Assembly (NCBI GenBank): GCA_964293305.1
Contig: CAXYYO010000011.1
Location: 1 to 64,000 of the forward strand
Direction of reading: 5' to 3'
DNA from: an uncultured bacterium
GTDB taxonomy: Bacteria > Bacteroidota > Bacteroidia > Chitinophagales > Chitinophagaceae
DNA: 64,000 nt
Numbering within the stretch: the stretch's first letter is position 1; every line of letters starts with the position of its first letter. Below are positions 1 through 9,552 of this stretch, one piece after another. The position numbers and the translations under genes were made by a program. Under the pieces are notes generated by a model that did not search any database, was not told the origin of the DNA, and saw only the letters and a program-made list of their open reading frames with translations.

Positions 1-72
1 TTTTTCAAGCAGCTGACATTCTGGGTCTTTACCTAAATTTCCACTTAGGATTACTTTATTAATGCTACGCAT
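1..72 (-). CDS. single-stranded DNA-binding protein, N-terminal fragment (gene runs off the window start)
   Basis: The reverse complement of 1-72 reads ATG CGT AGC ATT AAT AAA GTA ATC CTA AGT GGA AAT TTA GGT AAA GAC CCA GAA..., giving MRSINKVILSGNLGKDPECQLLEK. This resembles the canonical SSB N-terminus (NKVILVGNLGxDPE). Confidence 0.4.
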   Translation of the reverse strand, partial: MRSINKVILSGNLGKDPECQLLEK

Positions 73-139
73 AGTTTCCAATATTGTGCTTAATGAATCA
101 AATATAAATGGTGAAATTGACTGAACATCAATTTAAAGG

Positions 140-345
140 ATTTATGTGATTTGCCTCATTTGCGATTGCTTCGTTTCACTCGCAATGACGGATACTGCTT
201 AATCATTGCCCGTGGGGCTAATTGTCTGGATCTTGATTTATGGGATTGAATGATTTACATGATTTATTTTGCTTCGGTTCATTCGCAATAAAGGAGCGTG
301 CATCATCATTCCCCGAAGGGATATATTCCTGAATATCTTTTAAAA
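140..345. repeat. degenerate tandem duplication of a ~95-110-bp element (unit A ~140-252, unit B ~253-345) upstream of the ABC ATPase gene
   Basis: Aligning the two units by eye gives about 70% identity over ~75 nt: TGCTTCGTTTCACTCGCAATGACGGATACTGCTTAATCATTGCCCGTGGGGCTAATTGTCTGGA versus TGCTTCGGTTCATTCGCAATAAAGGAGCGTGCATCATCATTCCCCGAAGGGATATATTCCTGAA. Each unit carries a short GC-rich hairpin (GCCC-GTG-GGGC in A, CCC-GAA-GGG in B). Confidence 0.5.
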
Positions 346-470
346 TTACAGCACTAATTTGTTGCTACAGGTAAATGCAAGGGGGGTTTATGATGGATAT
401 GAAATGATTGGTGCAAATAGCTCCATTTATACTTATTGTTTATGACAATATATTTGTACAAATATTTTGA

Positions 471-1373
471 ATGAGTATTAGTGTGAGTAATTTAACCCTT
501 CAGTATGGTGCACAATATGCTATTAAGGAAATAAGTTTTGCAGTGGATAAGGCGGAGGTGGTTGGTTTTTTGGGGCCCAATGGTGCAGGTAAAAGTACTA
601 CTATGAAAATTCTTACCGGTTATCTTTCTGCTCAGGCTGGCCAAGCTCATATATGTGGGCTAAATGTACAGGAGCACCCTCTTGAAATTAAACAAAAAAT
701 TGGCTATCTGTCTGAGGCAAATCCTTTATATTATGATATGTATATCAGGGAATATTTGGGTTTTATAGCGGCTACATTTAATATATCAAATCCTAAAAAA
801 GCCATTGAGCAAGTTATTGATCTGACTGGGCTGGGGGTGGAGGCTCATAAACGCACAGGCCAGTTGAGTAAGGGTTATAAACAGCGTGTGGGCCTAGCTG
901 CTGCATTAATTCATGACCCGGAAGTGCTCATTTTGGATGAACCTACGAGTGGTCTTGACCCCAATCAAGTATTGGAAATAAGAGATATTATAAAAGAACA
1001 AGCACGTAGTAAAACCATATTATTTTCATCGCATATCCTCAGCGAAGTAGAAGCGGTGTGCAAAAGGGTACTCATTATAAATAAGGGCGTGATTGTAGCA
1101 GATGACACATTGGATAACCTCAAACAAAACTCATCTGTAGGCAGCCTGTATTTTAAATTTGATAGGATGATTACATTGGATTTTTTTGAAAGTATAAGAG
1201 GTATTTCTGCTGCGCAGAATGAAGGCAATGTTTGGGTGATATCCGGTAGCCCATTACCATTGCTTCGTAAACAAATTATTGAGAAAGCAATGCAACAAAA
1301 CATAGATATTGTATCCATAGAAAACAGGCAGCAGCAATTGGAAGATGTCTTTAGATCTTTGACGAATGTGTAG
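471..1373 (+). CDS. ABC transporter ATP-binding protein (ABC-2 type, possibly the GldA-like gliding-motility ATPase); no permease gene adjacent
   Basis: The 300-aa ORF has Walker A GPNGAGKST, an ABC signature LSKGYKQRV and Walker B LILDEPTSGLD. The N-terminus MSISVSNLTLQYG matches the GldA size and pattern. Confidence 0.85.
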   Translation: MSISVSNLTLQYGAQYAIKEISFAVDKAEVVGFLGPNGAGKSTTMKILTGYLSAQAGQAHICGLNVQEHPLEIKQKIGYLSEANPLYYDMYIREYLGFIAATFNISNPKKAIEQVIDLTGLGVEAHKRTGQLSKGYKQRVGLAAALIHDPEVLILDEPTSGLDPNQVLEIRDIIKEQARSKTILFSSHILSEVEAVCKRVLIINKGVIVADDTLDNLKQNSSVGSLYFKFDRMITLDFFESIRGISAAQNEGNVWVISGSPLPLLRKQIIEKAMQQNIDIVSIENRQQQLEDVFRSLTNV

Positions 1374-1426
1374 AAGGATTAGGCTTGTACATCAATATTT
1401 TTTCCTTATTTTATCATCCAATAAAT

Positions 1427-2998
1427 TTACTTTTTTACCATTTTGCGGGCATCTATTGCTACAAACCCTTCCTGCGAACTGAGGGTGTGTATGGCTTTAA
1501 TGTTTTCATCCCAAATGGGTAAGGTTTTGCTGATGCGTTTTTCCTGATAAGCTGTGGGTGTTAGCAGTTCAATTTCATTAAGATTGATGGCATAACCATA
1601 AGTACAGCTACAATCCTGAGATGGGCGTATCAGTTTGTTGTCTTCTATATACAAATTGCCGGCAGGCCTTGCAGTACGCACATCACTCACTAAAGGATTT
1701 TGGGTATGTGCAGTCCATTGATCTGTAAGAAAATGTGGGGCATGAAATACATAGAGTTCGTCCCAGGCACTGGCTCCATCATTCTCTTTTATGTTTGTAA
1801 ACAACCACCACTTGTCTTCATGAAAGTATAAGGTAGAATCCACTGCATGCAGGTTTTGCATAAGTACTTTTTCGAGCTCCCACCTATATGGAAAAGCAGT
1901 GGCTCTATATAGTTCTATCGTTTTGTTGGCACTGGATTCGGGTAGCATATAAATTTCGTCATTATGCTGAAAAATGAATGGATAAGAAAGGTGATAAGGT
2001 TTATCCAGTACAACCTGTGGTGAGGATGCCTGGCCCTCATCATCTATCGTTAATACACTGATATGTGCCTTCTTGGTGGCATATAAATATTCCTCAAAAA
2101 AAATGTATCGGGTGTTGTTATGAATGAATACTGAAGGGTCTGCCCAGAATGCTTTTTTTGGTGCAGTTATGCTTTTATACTTTGAAAAATCTGTGGATAC
2201 TTTTTTATCGGGTGCTGTATGATGTAGGAGTAGCCACTGCTGAAATTTTTTTCTTTTCTGAATATATCTTTTGCCTTCGGCCAATATTTTTTTGAGCAGA
2301 AACTGTAGCATCAATCCATTGCCCGGAGGGCGAAAATATCTGGTGGCTGTAAGTGCATCATTTTCTATTTTTTGTAAGGTGCCAGTACGCTGATAGGCGG
2401 CAATAACACGGCTTGCAAAAGCTGCTGCCTTCCAACAGGCTATATTTAAATTTCTATTAATATATGGCTGTGTGGAGGAATAACTTGCATACAATACTTC
2501 TGGCTTTTTAGCATTTGCATATTCTACCATTAAGCATACAGGTGTACTGCATTCTTGTTTGATAACTGCGTGTGCTACAGCACTGGCTGCCTGCGCATTA
2601 AAAAGATTTCCGGGGCCAAAATACCAAGTGCCCAGTACAGGAATTGCTTTGATCGATTCCGGTATTATTTTGCTGCTCAGATTTAAAATGCAGTGCGGCT
2701 GCCATTGTTTAATAATGGCTATATCCGTTTCGGCTGCTATAGGTAAATGTTGAATTGATGGTGGCCATTGTTTGGCAGCAAATGCATTGGGTTTGGGTTT
2801 GCTTATTTTATTTTCCAACTTTCGATACAACCTGTAAGTTAGTTCAGAAAATTGATGCGGTTTGCTATGTTTTTTTTGCTGGTGAATGATGCCTGCAAAT
2901 TTAACCCCCGGTTGTGCAGATAGCTTTTCTATACAAAGCAATAACCATGCAGGCAATTGTTTATCATACACATAAAATGCAATGGTGAAATCTGTCAT
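1427..2998 (-). CDS. hypothetical two-domain protein: N-terminal formyltransferase-like region plus C-terminal GH43/GH130-like β-propeller-like region (ADPSVF...YIFFEEY)
   Basis: The 523-aa ORF has zero intergenic distance to the upstream GT4 and is the last gene of a six-gene minus-strand operon. The C-terminal half starts with the DPS-type motif typical of 5-bladed propeller glycosidase and phosphorylase folds. Confidence 0.45.
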   Translation of the reverse strand: MTDFTIAFYVYDKQLPAWLLLCIEKLSAQPGVKFAGIIHQQKKHSKPHQFSELTYRLYRKLENKISKPKPNAFAAKQWPPSIQHLPIAAETDIAIIKQWQPHCILNLSSKIIPESIKAIPVLGTWYFGPGNLFNAQAASAVAHAVIKQECSTPVCLMVEYANAKKPEVLYASYSSTQPYINRNLNIACWKAAAFASRVIAAYQRTGTLQKIENDALTATRYFRPPGNGLMLQFLLKKILAEGKRYIQKRKKFQQWLLLHHTAPDKKVSTDFSKYKSITAPKKAFWADPSVFIHNNTRYIFFEEYLYATKKAHISVLTIDDEGQASSPQVVLDKPYHLSYPFIFQHNDEIYMLPESSANKTIELYRATAFPYRWELEKVLMQNLHAVDSTLYFHEDKWWLFTNIKENDGASAWDELYVFHAPHFLTDQWTAHTQNPLVSDVRTARPAGNLYIEDNKLIRPSQDCSCTYGYAINLNEIELLTPTAYQEKRISKTLPIWDENIKAIHTLSSQEGFVAIDARKMVKK

Positions 2999-4111
2999 TT
3001 ACCTTAATGCTTTATAAAGATCAATAATTTCATTTACCTGCTTGGTAAGTGAATAGTTATTTACAACAAATGCCCTTGCTTTATTGCTTTCTTCGAGGTA
3101 TCGTTGAGGTTCTTTTGTATAGGCACAAATAACTTGTGCAATGGCAGCAGCATTGTATGTATCAAACTTGTGGCCAATGCCGGGTATGTCTAATTGCTTG
3201 ATGCCTCCTACATTGCTTACCACTGGCACACAGCCACTACTCATGGCTTCCATAATGGCAAGTGGCAAGCCTTCAAAATCGCTGGTGAGGAGAAATATAT
3301 CAATGCGTTTATAGGCTTCTGCAGTGCTGCTCATTTTGCCAGGTAATTCAATTTTGCCAGACATACCTAATGCTTGTATTTTATTGCGCAGCATTTCATC
3401 ATCCGGTCCATCACCCACCATTAAAAATTCAATGTTAGGATTGAGTTTATGAATTTCAGCTGCTACTTCTGCCCATTTATCTACCCGCTTTTGTGGTCTA
3501 AATCTTGCTACCAAACCCACAGTAAGTTTTTCTGCAGCATTTACATTTTGCCGCTCCGGATTATGAAAAGTGGCCGTATCAATGCCATTCAATATAGTAA
3601 CTGGATGGTTGGTTTTATAAAACCATCCTTTTTGATTTTGCTTTATTATTTTACTTACTTCATGGCTTACAGAAATGATGCTATCATTTAAACCATAAGT
3701 ATAACCGCTGAGGTAGTAATTATACTTTGTATAGGAGGTTACCAGATTGTGCTCGCTGTAAATAAATTTTGTTTTACCTGCGGTAAATAATTTTGCCACA
3801 ATACCCATCCATCCGGCCACGGGTAAATGCATATGCACCATATCATATTTTCCCCTGGCGATATGTATTAAAAACCGAATGTATTCTATTAAAAATTTCC
3901 AATGTGTAATTTTATAATAATATACCTTATTGATATTTGGCGTTACATCTGGCACTAAGCCCAATTTGATATGATCTAAAATAAATAAATCACTATCCAC
4001 TTCCTTTTTAAATTCGGGTGTTTTAAAAAATTCTCGGAGCAATACTTCTGCGCCACCATAACTAAATACCCGAATAACGTGTGCTACTTTTATTTTTTTA
4101 TTCATGGACAA
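2999..4111 (-). CDS. glycosyltransferase family 4 (GT-B, retaining)
   Basis: The 370-aa ORF carries the C-terminal E-x7-E-type motif LTSDFEGLPLAIMEAMSSGCVPVVSNVGG, typical of GT4/GT1. Confidence 0.85.
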   Translation of the reverse strand: MSMNKKIKVAHVIRVFSYGGAEVLLREFFKTPEFKKEVDSDLFILDHIKLGLVPDVTPNINKVYYYKITHWKFLIEYIRFLIHIARGKYDMVHMHLPVAGWMGIVAKLFTAGKTKFIYSEHNLVTSYTKYNYYLSGYTYGLNDSIISVSHEVSKIIKQNQKGWFYKTNHPVTILNGIDTATFHNPERQNVNAAEKLTVGLVARFRPQKRVDKWAEVAAEIHKLNPNIEFLMVGDGPDDEMLRNKIQALGMSGKIELPGKMSSTAEAYKRIDIFLLTSDFEGLPLAIMEAMSSGCVPVVSNVGGIKQLDIPGIGHKFDTYNAAAIAQVICAYTKEPQRYLEESNKARAFVVNNYSLTKQVNEIIDLYKALR

Positions 4112-4125
4112 CAGCGTTAATAAAC

Positions 4126-5058
4126 TTACCTATTTACAATATCTAGGATGCGATTTTTGGTTTCATCACTAAATACCGTTTTTGTATTTTCGGCAGTATT
4201 TCTATTTTGTATTTTCATGTTGTCAATATATGCCTGCACATATTTGCTGGGTGGCAGCTCTGTAAAGTCAAGCATTTGTTGAATAAATATTTGGGGGTTG
4301 GCTACAAAATCTTCATAGCGCATTTCAAGCACATTCAAATTGAGCTTTTTGATTTCATAAGCAGCAGTATCCATCAGCTTTTTATATTGAAATGCAGTTA
4401 TTAAAGCGGGATCATTTTTTAATGTTTCTGCTTCTGCTATTTCAGCCTCGGAGTATGCACCCAGCCACCAAAGTTTGTTGATACCCATACGCTGCCAAAA
4501 ACCTACTTGAAGCCAGCTTCTTACAGTTGGAATAGGATCTCTGACGATATTGATAATTTTTGCATCGGGGAATACGCTGGTCAAAAATTCTAATCTTGCA
4601 GGGCCTGTAAATTTCATGAATAATCGCTGCCTGCCTTGGTATTTTACCATTTTTGAAAGATAGCTACGCATATAGGTTGCTTCTTCATTTGTAGCTTTTG
4701 TATCTAATAAAAATCCTCTTGAAAAATCAATGCGTGGGCCTGTAATTTTTTCCCAAAGGCCATAAAGTTCTACGGGATTAAAAATAAATAATTGGGTTAT
4801 AAAACTGCCCCAGCCTTGACGGGTGTTTTTTGAAAAACCTACATATTTCCAAAAGCGTGGAATACGCCAAATTTTATTATCAAAAAAATATCGCCACAGG
4901 CTAATGAGTGGTGTAAATTTTAGGACTTCATTATATTGGCTATGCCATCCTAACTGCTCATGCTGTATGATTATTTCAGATATGATGGTGGTACCGCTGC
5001 GTCCGCTACCAATAATGAGAATTGGCTTTTTTAGCACTGTATCTTTCACTTCATTCAT
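4126..5058 (-). CDS. sulfotransferase family protein (PAPS-dependent)
   Basis: The 310-aa ORF has an N-terminal 5'-PSB P-loop ILIIGSGRSGTTIIS. It is a paralogue of the adjacent gene. Confidence 0.75.
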   Translation of the reverse strand: MNEVKDTVLKKPILIIGSGRSGTTIISEIIIQHEQLGWHSQYNEVLKFTPLISLWRYFFDNKIWRIPRFWKYVGFSKNTRQGWGSFITQLFIFNPVELYGLWEKITGPRIDFSRGFLLDTKATNEEATYMRSYLSKMVKYQGRQRLFMKFTGPARLEFLTSVFPDAKIINIVRDPIPTVRSWLQVGFWQRMGINKLWWLGAYSEAEIAEAETLKNDPALITAFQYKKLMDTAAYEIKKLNLNVLEMRYEDFVANPQIFIQQMLDFTELPPSKYVQAYIDNMKIQNRNTAENTKTVFSDETKNRILDIVNR

Positions 5059-5073
5059 ACAACAATTGTACTT

Positions 5074-5988
5074 TTAATTGGAAGTATATGGAGCTACTAT
5101 CTCGAGAATTTTTTGTTTTGTTTCGTCTGAAATTGCTGTTTTTTCAGACTTAGCCTGTCGGTCATTTCTGTTTTTTACAGATATTTTTTCATCCATATAT
5201 TTATCAATGAGTCTGGATGATTGTAAACCTGTAAAATCTAGAATTTGGTTAATAACAGCCTTACTATCTTTTACAAAATCTTCATATCTTACAGTAAGCA
5301 TATTTGGATTCATTTTAGCTATTTCCAAATCAGTGGTTTCCATCAATTTTTTATACTGAAAAGCTGCAAATAATGCTGGGTCAGCAGCATATTTCTTTGC
5401 TTGTATGAGTTCTTCTTCATTATAAGCACCTGTCCACCAAAGTTGGTCAGTAATTTGAGTACTCCATACTACTTCCATCCAACTGCGTACTGTGGGCACC
5501 GGGCTTCTGGTAATATTTATAAAAATTGCATCTGGAAATAAGCTCATGAGGTATTCCATACGGGCTGGTCCTGTAAGTTTAAATGCAAGTCGCTTACGGT
5601 TTTGAAATTTTACTAACTTATTTAAGAAACTGCGTATAGGGCCACGCTCTTCATTGGTGGCTCTCTCATTCATCAAAAACCCTCTACTAAAATCAATGCG
5701 TGGACCAGTGAGTTTTTCCCAAAATGTATATCGCTCTATTGGTCGAAAACACATATAGTTGATGAACCCTTTATTGTTTTGGGTATTCATACCTATGTAT
5801 CTCCAATATTTGTTATCAAACAACCTACGGGCATAATTCACATAAGCGTTTTTTGGAAAAAGCTCCTGATAATTATTATGCCAAGCCAAATCTTCATGCT
5901 GAAATATGATATCACTAATAATGGTGGTACCACTGCGACCCGTACCAAATATGATGATGGGTTTTTGTAGAAATTGTTCTGTTGACAT
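5074..5988 (-). CDS. sulfotransferase family protein (PAPS-dependent), tandem paralogue
   Basis: The 304-aa ORF has IIIFGTGRSGTTIISD. It aligns along its whole length with 4126-5058 (shared RGF, KFTGPAR, PTVRSW, AFQYKKLM, RYEDFV and RN motifs). Confidence 0.75.
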   Translation of the reverse strand: MSTEQFLQKPIIIFGTGRSGTTIISDIIFQHEDLAWHNNYQELFPKNAYVNYARRLFDNKYWRYIGMNTQNNKGFINYMCFRPIERYTFWEKLTGPRIDFSRGFLMNERATNEERGPIRSFLNKLVKFQNRKRLAFKLTGPARMEYLMSLFPDAIFINITRSPVPTVRSWMEVVWSTQITDQLWWTGAYNEEELIQAKKYAADPALFAAFQYKKLMETTDLEIAKMNPNMLTVRYEDFVKDSKAVINQILDFTGLQSSRLIDKYMDEKISVKNRNDRQAKSEKTAISDETKQKILEIVAPYTSN

Positions 5989-6027
5989 AAATTGTTGCTT
6001 GATTTTTTTAGGACTTATAAATCATTA

Positions 6028-7101
6028 TTATTCTAATATTTTCCTTACTGGTTTCATACCCTCAAAGCGAAAAACACTATCCACTTTAAGGCTATCTTGA
6101 GGCCATATTGGAGAGAATTTCAAAATGTTTTTTCCTGCTTCATCCTGATCAAGATACTTCTTGATTTGTACAATAAAAGTATCCACAAATTTGCGAGCTC
6201 CTCTATCATTCATGTGTACATAATCATAAAAATAATCTGTCTTTAAAAACTCCGGATCAGATGCGTAGTGGAAATAGGGAACATTATATTGTTTCAATAT
6301 TTTCTTGAATTCCACCATAGATTTTGTATCTCCAAAAGGGGCAATATATAGGGGTGACATTACAGCTACTAATTTGATATTATTATCTAAAACTGTTGTT
6401 ATGAAGCGCTCAAACTGGTTGCGGGCAAAAGTGTCCATGTCTTTAGCATCATCAAATTCATAGGGTGGTGGTGGGCCGTCAATTCTTGTGCCTCTAAGTG
6501 CCAAGTAACCTTGTTTTACATCTGATGGATTTCCCATTTCTGTATTTGCAGACAATCCTTCAATAGTTGGAAGAATATAAGAATTGTAAGCATACAGTTT
6601 TGAAATTTGTGCTTTGCGTAGTTCCTCCGGAAAATTCATTTCTGCCACTTTTTTAAAGTCTTCATCCCTCCGAACATATGGCAAAATGGTGGAAGCCATA
6701 ACCAATCTACTGTTTTCACCACTTCTGAAAGTAAACTCCTTTGGTGTGATGTCCAATATGATTAACTTGGGTTTATACTTTGTTAATGCCATGGGCATAA
6801 TGGAAGAGTGATACAATATATTTGAATTTTGTCTGCTACAATTGAAGCAGCTTAATCCAAAACTATCTGTGAAAAGCTCTGTAACATAGGTATGCACACC
6901 TCGGCTACTACCATAAATAACAATATCTTCTTTGGGATCTTTTACACTATGGCGAAAATTTGCAATGTCACCCTGCGGTCTTTTATTATATAGTGTTTCT
7001 ACTAACGTTCCAAAAATGCGATCACACACAAAAAGAAGAACAAGAAATATAAATAACTTGAAGAAAAATTTTTTTACATCTTTTATTTCTGCTGCCGTCA
7101 T
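6028..7101 (-). CDS. DltD/AlgJ/AlgX-like SGNH-fold protein, partner of the MBOAT O-acyltransferase
   Basis: The 357-aa ORF has an N-terminal TM anchor and a C-terminal DYVHMNDRGARKF, resembling the DxxH motif of AlgJ/DltD. It lies immediately downstream of the MBOAT gene with a 18-nt gap. Confidence 0.65.
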   Translation of the reverse strand: MTAAEIKDVKKFFFKLFIFLVLLFVCDRIFGTLVETLYNKRPQGDIANFRHSVKDPKEDIVIYGSSRGVHTYVTELFTDSFGLSCFNCSRQNSNILYHSSIMPMALTKYKPKLIILDITPKEFTFRSGENSRLVMASTILPYVRRDEDFKKVAEMNFPEELRKAQISKLYAYNSYILPTIEGLSANTEMGNPSDVKQGYLALRGTRIDGPPPPYEFDDAKDMDTFARNQFERFITTVLDNNIKLVAVMSPLYIAPFGDTKSMVEFKKILKQYNVPYFHYASDPEFLKTDYFYDYVHMNDRGARKFVDTFIVQIKKYLDQDEAGKNILKFSPIWPQDSLKVDSVFRFEGMKPVRKILE

Positions 7102-7119
7102 GGAATAAATAATTATTTA

Positions 7120-8544
7120 TTAAAATTGAAAATAAAGAAATTGACTACCATTGAAAACACCAATCATTAAGATTAAAACCATAATGGCTAAATAGGATGA
7201 ATACCTAATTACAACATTATTGTTATTTAAACCCTTAACCTTCGGCAGGTATTCTTGAATTAGTTCAATTACCAAAAGAATGGCTCCTACATATAGACAA
7301 TAGTGAAATGTTATTGGTGGTTCACCCTTAAACATGTGCCCAAACTTTGCTGGATTAAATACTGTTTTGAATATATGCCAAGCGTCCTTCATGGATAAAG
7401 AGCGATAGAAAATAAGCATGGGGACATACATGAGCAGAGAAAATATTGTACCCGAAATTATTAGAGGAACTTTTGGAATCCATTTTTTTGGCTTCACCAA
7501 TTTCATATAGTATCTTTCTACAATTATCATCAAACCTGTATAAGCACCAGCACAGATATAGGTAAATGAAGGCCCATGCCAAAAACCGCTCAGTGTAAAA
7601 ATGAGCATTATGCCTACAAAAATTTTCGCCTGACTTTTTTTACCACTGGTGGTAAAAGGCAGGAAGACATAATCCCTAAACCAAGTGTAAAGAGAAATAT
7701 GCCAACGGATGACGCGTTCAGTAAAATTCTTTGCAAGTAGTGGTCTTCGGAAGTTTTCCATTAAATCGTACCCCATCACTTTGGCACTTCCAATAGCTAT
7801 ATCAGAATATCCGGAAAAATCACAATATGATTGTAGGATAAAAAAAATGCTAGCAACAAAAAGTGTAAGCCCACCGTGGTTGTAAGGATTATTGTAAACT
7901 GCATTCACATAGATTCCCATCCTGTCTGCAATTACTAATTTTTTAAAGAAACCCCACAACATTATTTTCAATCCTGCCACTACTCTGTTATATTCAAACT
8001 GTTTTTCTTCATAAAACTGGTGTATCATGTTTTGAGGGCGCTCTATCGGTCCTGCCACTAATTGTGGGAAAAACATGACATATAATGCGTAAATGCCAAA
8101 ATTTCTTTCGGGTTTATAGTTGCCACGATATATTTCGATAGTATAACTCATGGCTTGAAAAGTGTGAAATGAAAGACCTACTGGCAATGCCCACCCTATA
8201 TTTTTTATGGGATTCGTCATTTCAAAGACACCTAAAAAAGTAGATATGCCATCATTTATAAAATTGAAATATTTAAAAACACTTAAAATAAGCAGATTGG
8301 CCACGATACTGATGAGTAAATATAATTTTCGCTTTTTGCCCTTGGCATTTTCTATAAAAATACCCGCAAAATAGTCAACAATGATGGTAAAGAGCAGTAC
8401 AAAAATGTAATACCAAATGTAGTCCATATAGAAAATACAACTACTCACAAGCAGCAAAAGCCACCTGAATTTGTGGGGTATTAGAAAGTATAAACCAATA
8501 ACTATAATGAAGAAATAAATAAAAGTAAGCGAATTGAAAAGCAT
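7120..8544 (-). CDS. MBOAT family membrane-bound O-acyltransferase (AlgI/DltB-like)
   Basis: The ORF has the conserved His motif RVIRWHISLYTWFRDYVFLPF, like DltB/AlgI WHISLSTWFRDY. The likely true start is the internal Met at 8544 (MLFNSLTFIYFF, the typical MBOAT N-terminus), not the ORF-track start at 8649. Confidence 0.8.
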   Translation of the reverse strand: MLFNSLTFIYFFIIVIGLYFLIPHKFRWLLLLVSSCIFYMDYIWYYIFVLLFTIIVDYFAGIFIENAKGKKRKLYLLISIVANLLILSVFKYFNFINDGISTFLGVFEMTNPIKNIGWALPVGLSFHTFQAMSYTIEIYRGNYKPERNFGIYALYVMFFPQLVAGPIERPQNMIHQFYEEKQFEYNRVVAGLKIMLWGFFKKLVIADRMGIYVNAVYNNPYNHGGLTLFVASIFFILQSYCDFSGYSDIAIGSAKVMGYDLMENFRRPLLAKNFTERVIRWHISLYTWFRDYVFLPFTTSGKKSQAKIFVGIMLIFTLSGFWHGPSFTYICAGAYTGLMIIVERYYMKLVKPKKWIPKVPLIISGTIFSLLMYVPMLIFYRSLSMKDAWHIFKTVFNPAKFGHMFKGEPPITFHYCLYVGAILLVIELIQEYLPKVKGLNNNNVVIRYSSYLAIMVLILMIGVFNGSQFLYFQF

Positions 8545-8751
8545 GCCTATGTTTTTGGGGCGCAAACATAATGAATCTAACTCAATGAGTGAACATACGA
8601 TTTGTTTGAATGTAGCCAATATCGCCAGCCCTGTAAAGACAAACTCCAAATATCATAATACATGGAAAAAATAATTTGAAATCGATTCATTTACTTTCAA
8701 TTCCTCATTTCTCTGCATATTGCCATAATTTTTAATATAATTTATTGTAAT

Positions 8752-9552
8752 TTGTCTCTTAAACCATTAGTTAGCATATTAATTATTCATTATAACAGGC
8801 TGCATACGCTTAAAGAATGTATTGGGTTTGCCAGAACAAACATCCGATACCCCAATCTTGAATTCATCATTGCGGATGATGGCAGCCCTGCTGATGTGCA
8901 GGCAGCCATCAGACTCTTGCCTTTTGATAAATTTATACTTCCAGAAAAAAATGCCGGTCTTGGGGCCAATACAAACAATGGTTTAGCAGCTTGTAGTGGT
9001 GAATATATTTTTCAGATACAGGACGACCACTTTGTGCTTCCCGGTTTTGAAGATTTTGTAGAAAAAGCTATCAAGGTATTGCAACAGGAAAAAAATAAAG
9101 GCATCATCAGAGCATTAATCAATAAGGATTTTACATCCTTTACCATTAGCAGTGCCCATGGAATTTCTTATCGTGTTATAGATAAACCAATTTGGAAAAA
9201 TGGTTACAATGGATTTCACCAGCACTCAGAGTTGCCGCATTTTAAGCACAACAGTTATCATAAGGAGTTAGGATTATATACTGAAGGCACTGATATGATT
9301 TATATGGAAAATGAATTTTCTATTAGGTTTTTGAGAGCCAACGGATATCGCTTATTTTTTCTTATAGGATATGACAATATCTTTCATCATGCTACTGAGT
9401 TTAGTTTTAGACCTGCTATTTATAAAGGCATGACGGATTCCGGTGTATATGCCAACTTGAAAAAAACAATCAAGGAAAAGCTGCCCATACTTCGGCTTCT
9501 ACGTTTCTATTGGTGGATGATAAAATATGACCCAGTAAAAAGAAGGTATTAA
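8752..9552 (+). CDS. glycosyltransferase family 2
   Basis: The N-terminus VSILIIHYNRLHTLKEC...FIIADDGS is the GT-A DxD region. The ORF track implies a TTG start, so the start codon is uncertain. It is transcribed divergently from the minus-strand operon. Confidence 0.7.
   Translation: MSLKPLVSILIIHYNRLHTLKECIGFARTNIRYPNLEFIIADDGSPADVQAAIRLLPFDKFILPEKNAGLGANTNNGLAACSGEYIFQIQDDHFVLPGFEDFVEKAIKVLQQEKNKGIIRALINKDFTSFTISSAHGISYRVIDKPIWKNGYNGFHQHSELPHFKHNSYHKELGLYTEGTDMIYMENEFSIRFLRANGYRLFFLIGYDNIFHHATEFSFRPAIYKGMTDSGVYANLKKTIKEKLPILRLLRFYWWMIKYDPVKRRY

Noticed and set aside
965-1318. 117-aa minus-strand ORF inside the ABC ATPase gene
   Set aside because: It lies entirely antisense within a well-supported CDS with clear Walker motifs. 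It has no start context and low-complexity content.
7120-8649. The ORF-track 509-aa version of the MBOAT gene with a 35-aa N-terminal extension
   Set aside because: The internal Met at 8544 gives the canonical MBOAT N-terminus (MLFNSLTFIYFF...). The extension has no counterpart in AlgI/DltB proteins.
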